Of a stretch of DNA of 64,000 nucleotides, positions 34,591 to 44,327 are shown one piece after another. The DNA lies in contig CAVRJO010000002.1 of the NCBI GenBank assembly GCA_963722255.1, positions 224,001-288,000 on the forward strand. The letters are read 5' to 3'. Origin of the DNA: Candidatus Babeliales bacterium (GTDB lineage Bacteria; Babelota; Babeliae; Babelales; JANWKD01). A model generated the notes under the pieces. It was not told the origin of the DNA. It was given only the letters and a program-made list of their open reading frames with translations, and made no database searches. The translations under genes were made by a program, and so were the position numbers. Numbering within the stretch: position 1 is the first letter of the stretch; every line of letters starts with the position of its first letter.

Positions 34591-36165
34591 ATGAATTTTA
34601 AAGAACTTCTTGTTCCCTTATCATTAGCGCTTATTACCACATGGGCGTTTCAATACTTTTTTAGTGCACGCAAAACTGGTCTTGAGCCAAAGACAGAACA
34701 AACAGTTTCCTCAGGCATGTTTGTTAAAGCGCCTAAGGACACGCATATTGAAGTTCACCAACCCCTTAAACTTGAAGTCAATTTCATTGAAAAATCTCCA
34801 ACAAAGAAACCTGCCACTACTAAAGTAGAAACAGATCAAGTTCGTTACATTTTTTCAAGCGAAGGTGCTTCACTTGAAAGCCTTGAGTTTAAACGTAAAT
34901 GGGGAGGCAAAGAAAGTTATCTCAATACCATTTTCCCTCCAAATAGTGCCGATCGAGAACAACGCTGCTTTCTTGTAGCACTCGACGCTAATACTCCCTA
35001 CCATTTTGACCTCATTAAGCAAAGCCAGGATGATGAAACAGCCCATTTAGTCTATCAAGCGACATTTCCTGAAGGCACTCTTACTAAAGAATTTTCGGTA
35101 TTCAAGCATGAATTTCGTATAGATTTGATCATTACTCTTTCCCCCGCACAAGGACTACAAGGGACTTTACAACCGCGTATATCGTTTCCTTCCCCTTTGG
35201 TGCCACAGCTGGGTAAAGATGATTGGATAAAAGGAATTGTTGCTGATGCAAACAACAAAATTCATCTCTATGAAAAAACCGAAGATATTTTAACAGGATA
35301 CTGGACAAAGCCGTCTCTTTTTGGAACTCAAGACCGTTACTTTATTAATGCTTTATATGCTGACCATAATAACTTCATACAGCGGGCATATTACAAAGTT
35401 TTTGATTTAGAGAATATGTATTCAATTCTTGAAGGAACACCCGTTTCTACTGCTGCTACATGGAAACTTTCCTTCTATTTTGGTCCTAAAGAAGATCATG
35501 CAATAAAAAAAGTTGATGAACGATTAACGCAAGTACTCAATTATGGTTGGCTTGCCCCAATTTCAAGACCGGTTTCAAAAATTTTACTGGATATTCTCAA
35601 CGTTATTAATGATTATGTTCATAATTATGGTATTGCAATAATTATTTTAACATTACTTATGAAGCTCCTTATGCTTCCGTTTACATTCCGTAGTGAGCAA
35701 GGAATGAAAAAACGTGCCGAATTCCAAAAGAAGCTTAACTATATCCAAACAAAGCATAAAAATGATAAAGAAGCCTTAGATCTTGCACGTGCAGATTTAG
35801 TACGTAAACATGGTATGCCAGGCCTCGCAGGTTGTCTGCCAATTTTATTGCAAATTCCATTGTTTATAGCCCTAAGTTGGGTTTTGGGAAATTCAATAGA
35901 ACTCTATATGTCACCATTCTTATGGATTAAAGATCTATCGGCTGCTGACCCCTATTATATTTTGCCAATTCTGCTTGGTATATCGATGTTGTTTCATAAT
36001 CCTACTCAAACAACTGATCCTAAACAGAAAATTTCAGTATTTGCCATGGCAATTATTTTTGCTGCATTTACTACAAGTTTATCAGCCGGATTAGTGCTCT
36101 ATATTCTTACCAGCACACTTCTTGGTATTTTACAAACAACCATTGCACGTAGATTTCCTGTATGA
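34591..36165 (+). CDS. yidC: Membrane protein insertase YidC
   Basis: N-terminal TM, large periplasmic domain, NYGIAIIILT, GCLPILLQIP, FLWIKDLSAADPYYILP. Confidence 0.93.
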   Translation: MNFKELLVPLSLALITTWAFQYFFSARKTGLEPKTEQTVSSGMFVKAPKDTHIEVHQPLKLEVNFIEKSPTKKPATTKVETDQVRYIFSSEGASLESLEFKRKWGGKESYLNTIFPPNSADREQRCFLVALDANTPYHFDLIKQSQDDETAHLVYQATFPEGTLTKEFSVFKHEFRIDLIITLSPAQGLQGTLQPRISFPSPLVPQLGKDDWIKGIVADANNKIHLYEKTEDILTGYWTKPSLFGTQDRYFINALYADHNNFIQRAYYKVFDLENMYSILEGTPVSTAATWKLSFYFGPKEDHAIKKVDERLTQVLNYGWLAPISRPVSKILLDILNVINDYVHNYGIAIIILTLLMKLLMLPFTFRSEQGMKKRAEFQKKLNYIQTKHKNDKEALDLARADLVRKHGMPGLAGCLPILLQIPLFIALSWVLGNSIELYMSPFLWIKDLSAADPYYILPILLGISMLFHNPTQTTDPKQKISVFAMAIIFAAFTTSLSAGLVLYILTSTLLGILQTTIARRFPV

Positions 36166-36761
36166 TTGAACATTTGCCAACATTAGTACAACTCATAAGG
36201 CACTTACAACAAGTGCCTTATCTTGCCTCAAAAAATATTTATCGAGTTGCTGATTATATCGTTTCGTTAGACCCACAAAAAGCTGAGCAGCTTTGCAAAG
36301 CAATCCTTGATGCAAAAAAAAATATCATTCAATGTAATGAATGTTGCAGCTGGCAAGAAATAAATAAAAATTGCGTATATTGTAGTTCGCCAAAACGAGA
36401 CCGTTCCATTATTTGTGTTGTTGAAACATGGCAAGAACTTATCAGTATAGAAAAAACTGCAGGATATCAAGGTGTGTATCACGTTTTGGGAGGCGTAATA
36501 AGCCCGCTTGATGGCATTGGGCCAGAGGATTTAACTATTGATCATTTGGTACAACGCATCAATGATTCAACCAAAGAGATTATTCTTGCAACCAATCAAA
36601 CCCCTGAAGGCGAAGCAACGGCTGCATTTATCGCAAGTAAGCTTAAAAAATTTCCGGTCATTATTTCATGTTTAGCTCGCGGTATTCCTGTCGGATCCTC
36701 GCTTGAATATATTGATAAATTAACCGTCTATAAGGCACTTTCTGAACGTCGTCCTTTTTAA
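36162..36761 (+). CDS. recR: Recombination mediator RecR
   Basis: Cys4 zinc finger, ICVVE, YHVLGGVISPLDGIGP, EGEATA, LARGIPVG. Confidence 0.95.
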   Translation: MIEHLPTLVQLIRHLQQVPYLASKNIYRVADYIVSLDPQKAEQLCKAILDAKKNIIQCNECCSWQEINKNCVYCSSPKRDRSIICVVETWQELISIEKTAGYQGVYHVLGGVISPLDGIGPEDLTIDHLVQRINDSTKEIILATNQTPEGEATAAFIASKLKKFPVIISCLARGIPVGSSLEYIDKLTVYKALSERRPF

Positions 36762-36836
36762 ATCATATAATTTGATTGTAATTGCATAAGAGTTTTTGTA
36801 TCTTCTTACTAAATAAAAATAGAACAGGAGATCGAA

Positions 36837-37724
36837 ATGAAAAAACTTATGCTCATTATAGTTACCTTAGCATTAACAATTCCCTATAAAAATTACCCAA
36901 TGGAAACTCTTACTGCCCTTCCCTCATATTGTTATGAGTATTTCAAAACATGTGATCTTACCAAAACTATTCTTGTTGCAACGGTTGGCATATTGGTCAT
37001 TGACAAATTTTATCCTATTTTTCCAAGAAAAAAACAAATAGTGCAACCATCCCCGACATTTGATCGAACAGAAATGATCGAACAAATTAATAGCAAAATA
37101 AACGAATATTCAGAAATTATAGCAATGCCTACAATTGCGGGAGTTATTGAAAGATTAAATGATTACGTATCTTTACAAACTTTTAATGAGAAGGTCAGTT
37201 TCTTTGAACAAGAAAATAATGGAGTACAACAATATCTCAGAGATCATGATTACAAATCGGAGATAGAAAGAATTTCTATAGCAATTGAGGCTTTTACCAA
37301 ACCGCCTCGAATACAACTTCCTTTACCAAAGGATTCATTGGAGATGTATGAAGTTGTTGGTAATAAAGACATAGAATTTCAGCTTAAAACATTCCGTGCA
37401 GAACTTGCAGAATATCAAAAAACAGCTAATTCAATCCAAGGTTATTTAGAACTAATTAGTGAACAAGGAAAAGCTACCACACCGCGCACGTATACAAGTG
37501 ACGACGATAACAATAATAGTACAATACTAGGTTTTATTGCTGAAGAAGAAGAAGAAGAAGAAAACAACGAGCCTCCTTTTGGAACATTAGTCCCACCTCT
37601 TAAGCTTGAAGATCTTAAATTAAATAGTTCTGCAAGTCTAAAAGTGGATGAATCTAATCAGAATAGCCCTACTTCTGTAACTCCGGCACCTAATTCATAT
37701 TCATATGTGCACATAAGTAACTAA
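36837..37724 (+). CDS. Exported or membrane hypothetical protein with acidic tail
   Basis: AGGAG RBS; signal peptide NYP-MET; second hydrophobic segment; poly-Glu. Confidence 0.75.
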   Translation: MKKLMLIIVTLALTIPYKNYPMETLTALPSYCYEYFKTCDLTKTILVATVGILVIDKFYPIFPRKKQIVQPSPTFDRTEMIEQINSKINEYSEIIAMPTIAGVIERLNDYVSLQTFNEKVSFFEQENNGVQQYLRDHDYKSEIERISIAIEAFTKPPRIQLPLPKDSLEMYEVVGNKDIEFQLKTFRAELAEYQKTANSIQGYLELISEQGKATTPRTYTSDDDNNNSTILGFIAEEEEEEENNEPPFGTLVPPLKLEDLKLNSSASLKVDESNQNSPTSVTPAPNSYSYVHISN

Positions 37725-38305
37725 TCTACTTTACCAACAGCATCAATCTTTTTACCAAGAATGATGAAAAAGATAATAGAAAATAAGTAGCTAACAATGT
37801 ATTGAAAAATATGCATTCTTAAAATCCCTGCTTTCAAGGCCGGACTTGTTTTTATAATTGTTTCAGTTGAACTTTTTACTACTGTTATATTTTCGGCATT
37901 GGTAAAATCCCTAATAGCCTGTAATACCACAGGATAATAGTGTATACTGACCAACAGCCCAACTATCAAAACAAAAATCGTTCCAAGTAATAAATAAACA
38001 CCTAAACGAATGCCAACCGGAAATCCCAAACAAATAAACCGTTCTATAAAATTTTTATTATCATTTTTTTGATTTATATAAAAACAATGCTGAAATCCCC
38101 ACACAAGAATACCCACTTGAACACCAAAAAAAAGAGGCTTAATAAGCATTTCATACGGATTCACCGGCGTAAATGTAGAGGCTTGTTGAAAGGCAAAGAG
38201 CTGTAAAAAAGAGGTAGCCAACAAATACCTCATTTTCTCAACCTCTGTAACAATATCAGCGCGTAAATCTTTAACTAACTGATCAACATTCCAAAAATAA
38301 AACAT
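37721..38305 (-). CDS. Hypothetical membrane protein
   Basis: About four hydrophobic segments; AAGGAG RBS before MFYFWN. Confidence 0.75.
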   Translation of the reverse strand: MFYFWNVDQLVKDLRADIVTEVEKMRYLLATSFLQLFAFQQASTFTPVNPYEMLIKPLFFGVQVGILVWGFQHCFYINQKNDNKNFIERFICLGFPVGIRLGVYLLLGTIFVLIVGLLVSIHYYPVVLQAIRDFTNAENITVVKSSTETIIKTSPALKAGILRMHIFQYIVSYLFSIIFFIILGKKIDAVGKVD

Positions 38306-38329
38306 ATAATCTCCTTTCAAAAAATATCA

Positions 38330-38560
38330 TTAGTGAGGAAAATCTTTTGATTCAGCCCAAGCATCATCATTATACATAGAACAGTTACATGCCCGAACAC
38401 ATTCATCAGAAACAAAACGTCCTGCTTTGCAACATTGGGCACAATCAATTTCCGTAAAAGGACAACTACCATCGACACACTCAGTTCTAATTTGTAGTAT
38501 AGAAAATGATTGTACTATCAAAAAACCTACTATAACTATTTTTTTTACAAAATTTTTCAT
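38330..38560 (-). CDS. Small secreted cysteine-rich, defensin-like peptide
   Basis: AAGGAG RBS; signal peptide; 8 Cys with CxxxC and CxC spacing. Confidence 0.65.
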   Translation of the reverse strand: MKNFVKKIVIVGFLIVQSFSILQIRTECVDGSCPFTEIDCAQCCKAGRFVSDECVRACNCSMYNDDAWAESKDFPH

Positions 38561-38778
38561 CGTAACACTCCTTCTTTTCAAACTTAATTAATTCTTTTGA
38601 GTATTATAAGCAATACCCTTCCAGTCTCAATAGTACCAAAATTAAAATTCAAATATCAATAGTTTTAAAAAATATTTATTTATATAATTCCTTGCAGTAT
38701 TGATACATCACCCTTGCTTTTGGTATCTTAATAATGATCACAGTGATCATTTTGTACCTTAATAAAGGAGTAATTATC

Positions 38779-39279
38779 ATGAAAAGAATACTGTTATTAC
38801 TATTTTTTACCCTTCTATCCTTTACACAAATCTCTTCTAGAGATAGCTTTGCAGGCGGATTTATTGGTGGATTTAGCGGAAGTTTTATTGGTAATGCTAT
38901 AAGCCAACCCCGACAATCACGTAGCGAATGCGTTTATCAGCAACCGGTACAAACACGCGTCGTTGAAGTTCATAAACCAACATACGTTGTACAAGAACCC
39001 CGACAAAACTATAGAAAAAAAGAAAAGAGAAGACGACGCCAACAAGAAGAAGATATATTACGCGAACAAAGATTGCGAGAAATTGCAAACAAGCGACCTG
39101 CACGTGAACGCACTGCATTTACTGAACCCTCTGTTGAACAGCGAATGCAAGAGTTAGCTTGTAAAGAAAAAGAAGTTGAAGCTAAAAAGTTAGAAGCAGA
39201 GCTTGCCAAGGTGCAAGCAGAAAATGCGCAACTCAAACTTAAACTACAACAGAACGAGATGAGAGAATCCAAGAAATAA
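38779..39279 (+). CDS. Exported protein with glycine-zipper motif and coiled coil
   Basis: AAGGAG RBS; signal peptide; FAGGFIGGFSGSFIG; charged heptad C-terminus. Confidence 0.75.
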   Translation: MKRILLLLFFTLLSFTQISSRDSFAGGFIGGFSGSFIGNAISQPRQSRSECVYQQPVQTRVVEVHKPTYVVQEPRQNYRKKEKRRRRQQEEDILREQRLREIANKRPARERTAFTEPSVEQRMQELACKEKEVEAKKLEAELAKVQAENAQLKLKLQQNEMRESKK

Positions 39280-39373
39280 ATAGTTTCTTTTTTGACAACA
39301 TTCCCAAGATTTTGATAAAGTTATGCCCAATTATTAGTGTGCAACAAAAAAAATTTTGGGAGCGTTTGTTTAT

Positions 39374-40840
39374 ATGAAGCAACGTATATCATTCTATTCT
39401 CTTATTCTTCTTCTCGTTATTTTTACCATTGACGCAAAATTTTTTAGTCGACAAGAAGAGCATTGGGATTGGTCAAAAATTCCATTTCTAGACGTTGAAT
39501 TCCCTTCAACTTTTTTATGGGGAACCTCAGAATCAGCTATGCAAGCTGAAGGCGATGTTTCAGCGCTCGGTAAAAGAACTCGAAATTCATGGACTCTCTG
39601 GGAATCGCAAGAAATTGTCATAAATGGCATAAAACAACCTCGCGTTCCCCTTGATAAACGTGTTGGTGATGCATGTCAACGCTGGACACGTTATAAAGAG
39701 GATGTGCAGCTCATTAAAAAACTTGGCATGAATGCACACCGGTTTTCAATTGAATGGAGTAAAATAGAACCCGAAAAAGGCGTTTTTGATACTGATGCAA
39801 TGGATCATTATATCGATTATGCTGAAGAAATGATAAAAAACGGTATTCTACCCATTCCTACACTTTTTCATCACACTATGCCTGCTTGGCTCATAGATGT
39901 TCCAGCACCTCGAATGCCTGGCTTTGAAGATACACAAACTATTCAAGATTTTGTAGCATATGCTTTATTTGTTATACAAGCATTTCAAAAAGCCGGTCTT
40001 CTTGAAAAAATACCTTTCTGGATCACCATTAATGAACCCCTCGCCATTCCACTATCTGGTTACATTTATAATGTATTCCCTCCCGGCAAAAAATTTAAGG
40101 TACGTACTGCAGGAATAGTTGCAAAAAATATGCTTGATGCGCACATTGCAACCTATGATGCTTTTAAGAAAATCGATCCTACCCTTATGGTAGGCTTCAC
40201 GCATATAATGCAACCAATACAGCCCTATCGTCCCTGGAATCCACTTGATCAAATTCCCGCAACAATTTTTGATTATCTTGTAAATGATGTTGCACTCGAA
40301 TATTTCAAAACCGGCTACTTTAACTGGGTTTGGCTTGTAAGGGATTATAATGAAAACGCTATAAATAAGCTTGATTTCATTGGCATTAACTATTATACCC
40401 ACACGCTTATTAGTATGTTTAAAGAGCGTGCACGACCTGACGAAAAACTCTCTGAAGCTTATGGCGGAAAAAAGATCAAGGCTATTTATCCTGAAGGGCT
40501 CTATGATTCATTGCAAAAAGTTGCCACACTGGGAGTTCCTATTATAATTACCGAAAATGGCTTTGCTTATGATAATGTTGAGCTTCGTGATGAGTATATA
40601 AAAAAACATATCTATGTTCTTTATAAAGCAATGCAAGAAGGTATTGATATCCGAGGATATCTCTTTTGGACCTTAACGGATTGTTTTGGCTGGACCAGCG
40701 CGCATCAGAGCACCCATGGTATCTATAAGGTTGATTTTGAAACACAAGAAAGGACATTTAGGCCCAGTGCTCAATATCTTGTTGATGTTATTGCTCATAA
40801 AAGTTCATCCTCAACGTTAACACACCGACTTGGAAGCTAA
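39374..40840 (+). CDS. Exported glycoside hydrolase family 1 protein (copy 1)
   Basis: FPSTFLWGT, RFSIEWSKIEP, TINEP (acid/base), INYY, ITENG (nucleophile); signal peptide IDA. Confidence 0.93.
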   Translation: MKQRISFYSLILLLVIFTIDAKFFSRQEEHWDWSKIPFLDVEFPSTFLWGTSESAMQAEGDVSALGKRTRNSWTLWESQEIVINGIKQPRVPLDKRVGDACQRWTRYKEDVQLIKKLGMNAHRFSIEWSKIEPEKGVFDTDAMDHYIDYAEEMIKNGILPIPTLFHHTMPAWLIDVPAPRMPGFEDTQTIQDFVAYALFVIQAFQKAGLLEKIPFWITINEPLAIPLSGYIYNVFPPGKKFKVRTAGIVAKNMLDAHIATYDAFKKIDPTLMVGFTHIMQPIQPYRPWNPLDQIPATIFDYLVNDVALEYFKTGYFNWVWLVRDYNENAINKLDFIGINYYTHTLISMFKERARPDEKLSEAYGGKKIKAIYPEGLYDSLQKVATLGVPIIITENGFAYDNVELRDEYIKKHIYVLYKAMQEGIDIRGYLFWTLTDCFGWTSAHQSTHGIYKVDFETQERTFRPSAQYLVDVIAHKSSSSTLTHRLGS

Positions 40841-41017
40841 AGGTAATAAATAATAGCATAAAATAGGTAAAACCACAGAATTTAAGACCTACGGAAATTA
40901 ATCAGTTTTGCTTCATAAACATTATTTACAAATAGGGCTTTTGCTTCTTTATTACTATTACTATATACTAAAAGGAAAATAGTAGTTTTAATAACCTTAT
41001 ACAGAGGCAACCTTTCT

Positions 41018-42649
41018 ATGAAGAAAATTTTACTTATACTAAGTTCAATCATATGTACCTCCTTACATGCTTTTGGAGTGCATAGTCTTGTAGATCAAAT
41101 AGGTACAACAATAAAAGATCATCCTTACGCAACAGCAGCATTTGTGGGCTCAACAATAGCCCTTGGAAGCCCCTGCTTCTATTTTCGTAACCATACTCTT
41201 GAAGAGCGATGGGATTGGGATTCTATCGATACAAGCAAAGTAAAATTTCCTCAAAATTTTGTGTGGGGTACCGCAGATTCAGCCTTCCAAACCGAGGGAA
41301 TTGAAACAGCCAACAATAAAACTATACAAAACACCTGGACAGCTTGGGAAGAAAAGCTTGTTTCTGAAAAATACTCACTCTTTACCCCGACTGGGGTCCT
41401 TAAAAAATTAGGAATACTTAATGTTGAAAAACAGCCACGAACCCCGGTAGAAGACCGAGCAGGGTACGCCTGTCATCGCTGGACTCACTATAAAGAAGAT
41501 GTCAAATTACTCAAAAAAATTGGCGTAAAAATTCACCGCTACTCTATTGAATGGGCTAAAATTGAGCCTGAAGAAGGTATTTATGATCCTGATGCACTTC
41601 AGCATTATATAGACTTCACTTGGGAATTAATCAACAATGGCATTATACCCTGCCCTAACCTTTTCCATCATACCTTGCCGTTATGGTATGCAACCAAGGG
41701 AGGATTTGAAAAGTCTGAAAATATCGAAAAGTTTGTTGAATACGCCGTCTTTATTTTCACAGCATTCCAAAAAGACGGATTACTTGAAAAAACAAAAATA
41801 TGGTTTGCCTTTAATGAAGCCATTGGGGTTGCTTTAGCTGGTTATGTTGATGGCAAAATACCTCCTGGAAAAAAAATGCAACTAATACTAGCTGGTACTG
41901 TTGCCAAGAATATGCTTGATGCTCATATCAGGATTTATGATGAATTTAATAAAATTGATAATTCAATCAAACTTGGCTTCATTCACGTTATGATGCCCAT
42001 AACAGCCTACAACCCGCACAACCCAGTTCATCAACTCTTTGCACAAACCTTTAATCATCTTGTTAATGATGTTGCTCTTGAGTATTTCAAATCAGGGACA
42101 TTCAACTGGCTCAATCTTGTTAAAGATAACAATCCAAATGCTCTTAACAAGATAGATTTCATTGGTGTAAACTATTATTCTCACTTACTTCTCTCATTAA
42201 CGGGCCCAGCAATCAGGCCTGATGAAGTGTGTGCTGATGGATATCCTGGAGCAAAACGAACAAAACCAATATATGCTGAAGGATTATATCAAACTTTAAA
42301 ACATGCTGCTTCATACGGATTCCCGCTGGTTATTACAGAAATTGGTTTTGCAGCAAAGCTTGAAAGCGTTGATCTAAGAACTGAATATTTCAAAAAACAT
42401 TTTTATGCAATGCACAAGGCAATGCAAGAAGGTGTTGATTTGAGAGGTTGTTTCATTTGGACTGCTTTTGATTGCTTCGGATGGAATTCAGGACAACATA
42501 GTACTCATGGTATTTATGCAGTAGATCATAAAACGCAGGAAAGAACATTAAAGAAAAATGCTTGGTATATTGTTGAAATGTTTAATAAGCCGTTTTCAGA
42601 AAAACAAATTGAGCCTCTTGAAGCTATAAAGAAACAAACTACCATTTAG
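41018..42649 (+). CDS. Exported glycoside hydrolase family 1 protein (copy 2)
   Basis: FPQNFVWGT, RYSIEW, FNEA, VNYY, ITEIG; signal peptide plus a second hydrophobic segment. Confidence 0.92.
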   Translation: MKKILLILSSIICTSLHAFGVHSLVDQIGTTIKDHPYATAAFVGSTIALGSPCFYFRNHTLEERWDWDSIDTSKVKFPQNFVWGTADSAFQTEGIETANNKTIQNTWTAWEEKLVSEKYSLFTPTGVLKKLGILNVEKQPRTPVEDRAGYACHRWTHYKEDVKLLKKIGVKIHRYSIEWAKIEPEEGIYDPDALQHYIDFTWELINNGIIPCPNLFHHTLPLWYATKGGFEKSENIEKFVEYAVFIFTAFQKDGLLEKTKIWFAFNEAIGVALAGYVDGKIPPGKKMQLILAGTVAKNMLDAHIRIYDEFNKIDNSIKLGFIHVMMPITAYNPHNPVHQLFAQTFNHLVNDVALEYFKSGTFNWLNLVKDNNPNALNKIDFIGVNYYSHLLLSLTGPAIRPDEVCADGYPGAKRTKPIYAEGLYQTLKHAASYGFPLVITEIGFAAKLESVDLRTEYFKKHFYAMHKAMQEGVDLRGCFIWTAFDCFGWNSGQHSTHGIYAVDHKTQERTLKKNAWYIVEMFNKPFSEKQIEPLEAIKKQTTI

Positions 42650-42662
42650 AAATAGGATATTT

Positions 42663-44327
42663 ATGAAAATTATGAAACTAGTAGTAGCGCTTATTGCGCT
42701 CATTCCCTTATACACAGAGCCAATGCAAAGCGAAAAGCTTATTTCCTTTGCAAAAATTTTACCATCGCAAGCAAAACAGCTTGCCTGCATGTATCCTAAA
42801 ACAACTGCTGCCCTCTTGGCAACCACCGCTTTAGGTACTACCTGGTATTATGCAAATGGCTACGAAAGGCGTGAAGATTGGGACAATCAAGAATTGGATA
42901 TGACTAAATTCCCTAAGGAAACCACTTGGGGAACCGCCAACTCAGACCTTCAATTATGTGGTGTTCAAACAGTAAAGGGCAAAAAGGTAAAAAATAGTTG
43001 GACAAAATGGCAAAAAGAATTGATTACACCAAAAGACAATCGTCCTTGGTGGCAGAAATTTTTCTATGAAAATCCAAACAGTACAAAAGTTCCTCGTATC
43101 CCTAAAAAACAAAGGATGGGAACCGCAACAGGCCACTGGGATAACTATCAAGAAGATTTTAAATTGTTAAAAGAAGCGGGAATTGAAACATTTCGAACAT
43201 CAATTGAATGGAGCAAAATTCAACCAGATTCTCATAATGAGTATGATACTAAGGCAATGAAATATTATAATGACTATCATAAAGTATCAACTGAAGCATT
43301 TAAAGAAGTTACCATCAATGGATTCCATCATGCTTGGCCCGATTGGTTTGATGAGCTCGGCGCTTTTGAAAAAAAGGAAAATATTAAATATTATGTCGAC
43401 TATTATCTTTGGATGGTTGATCAATTGGCTCAAGAAGGCAATCTTAACGAAATTAAGCGATTTTTAACCTTCAATGAACCTGCAGGTTATGTACTCGCTG
43501 CGTATGTTTATGGCAAATATCCTCCTGGCGAAAAAATGCAGCTCAAAAAAGCTGGAATTGTCTTAAAAAACATGCTTGATGCCCACGTTGAAATTTATCA
43601 TAAACTTAAAGAAAAATATCAAGAACTACAGATAAGCATTGCTCATATGATGCAGCCATTACAACCTTACAATCCTTGGAATCCTCTCGATGTATTAACA
43701 GCGAAGCTATTTAATCATTTATTAAATAATGTCACCTTAGAATATCTTTCTACCGGTAAATTTAAATGGTTATGGTACATAAATGAAACAAATGAGAAAG
43801 CTAAAGGAACTTTAGATTTTGTAGGTGTTAATTATTACACCCATACACTCCTAAACTGGTTTAAGCCAAAAGTTCGCCCTACTGAGATTAGTTCTGATGC
43901 TTATGAAGGTGAAGAAGGAAAAGCACTCTATGCAGAGGGTTTCTATGATTCCCTTAAAACGGTTCATCGTTACTTTCCAGACAAGCCTATCATGATTACA
44001 GAATTAGGTTTTGCCTCAGAGAATAATGAAAAACGAACTGAAGCTTTCAAAAGATTTTTCCTTGTTCTACAAAGAGCAATACATAAAGATAACATGAAAA
44101 TTCTTGGCGTTGAAATCTGGGAATCATTTGCCGGTTATGGCTGGAACCAAGGGAATGGTGGCAAACATGCTCTTTTTGATGTCGATTATACTCAAGAAGA
44201 TAAACCACGAAAACTCAAACCAAGTTCCGAGGGTGTTTTAAATCTAATTGCTCAACATAAAAATTCTCGTAATGATCAACAGCAAAAAGAAACTGATACC
44301 TCAATAAACCTGGAAATAAAAACATGA
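42663..44327 (+). CDS. Exported glycoside hydrolase family 1 protein (copy 3)
   Basis: RTSIEWSKIQP, TFNEP, VNYY, ITELG; signal peptide plus hydrophobic segment; overlaps the next gene (ATGA). Confidence 0.92.
   Translation: MKIMKLVVALIALIPLYTEPMQSEKLISFAKILPSQAKQLACMYPKTTAALLATTALGTTWYYANGYERREDWDNQELDMTKFPKETTWGTANSDLQLCGVQTVKGKKVKNSWTKWQKELITPKDNRPWWQKFFYENPNSTKVPRIPKKQRMGTATGHWDNYQEDFKLLKEAGIETFRTSIEWSKIQPDSHNEYDTKAMKYYNDYHKVSTEAFKEVTINGFHHAWPDWFDELGAFEKKENIKYYVDYYLWMVDQLAQEGNLNEIKRFLTFNEPAGYVLAAYVYGKYPPGEKMQLKKAGIVLKNMLDAHVEIYHKLKEKYQELQISIAHMMQPLQPYNPWNPLDVLTAKLFNHLLNNVTLEYLSTGKFKWLWYINETNEKAKGTLDFVGVNYYTHTLLNWFKPKVRPTEISSDAYEGEEGKALYAEGFYDSLKTVHRYFPDKPIMITELGFASENNEKRTEAFKRFFLVLQRAIHKDNMKILGVEIWESFAGYGWNQGNGGKHALFDVDYTQEDKPRKLKPSSEGVLNLIAQHKNSRNDQQQKETDTSINLEIKT

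Noticed and set aside
37542..37562. (GAA)7 microsatellite
   Set aside because: In-frame poly-Glu in a low-complexity tail; no sign of a switching role.
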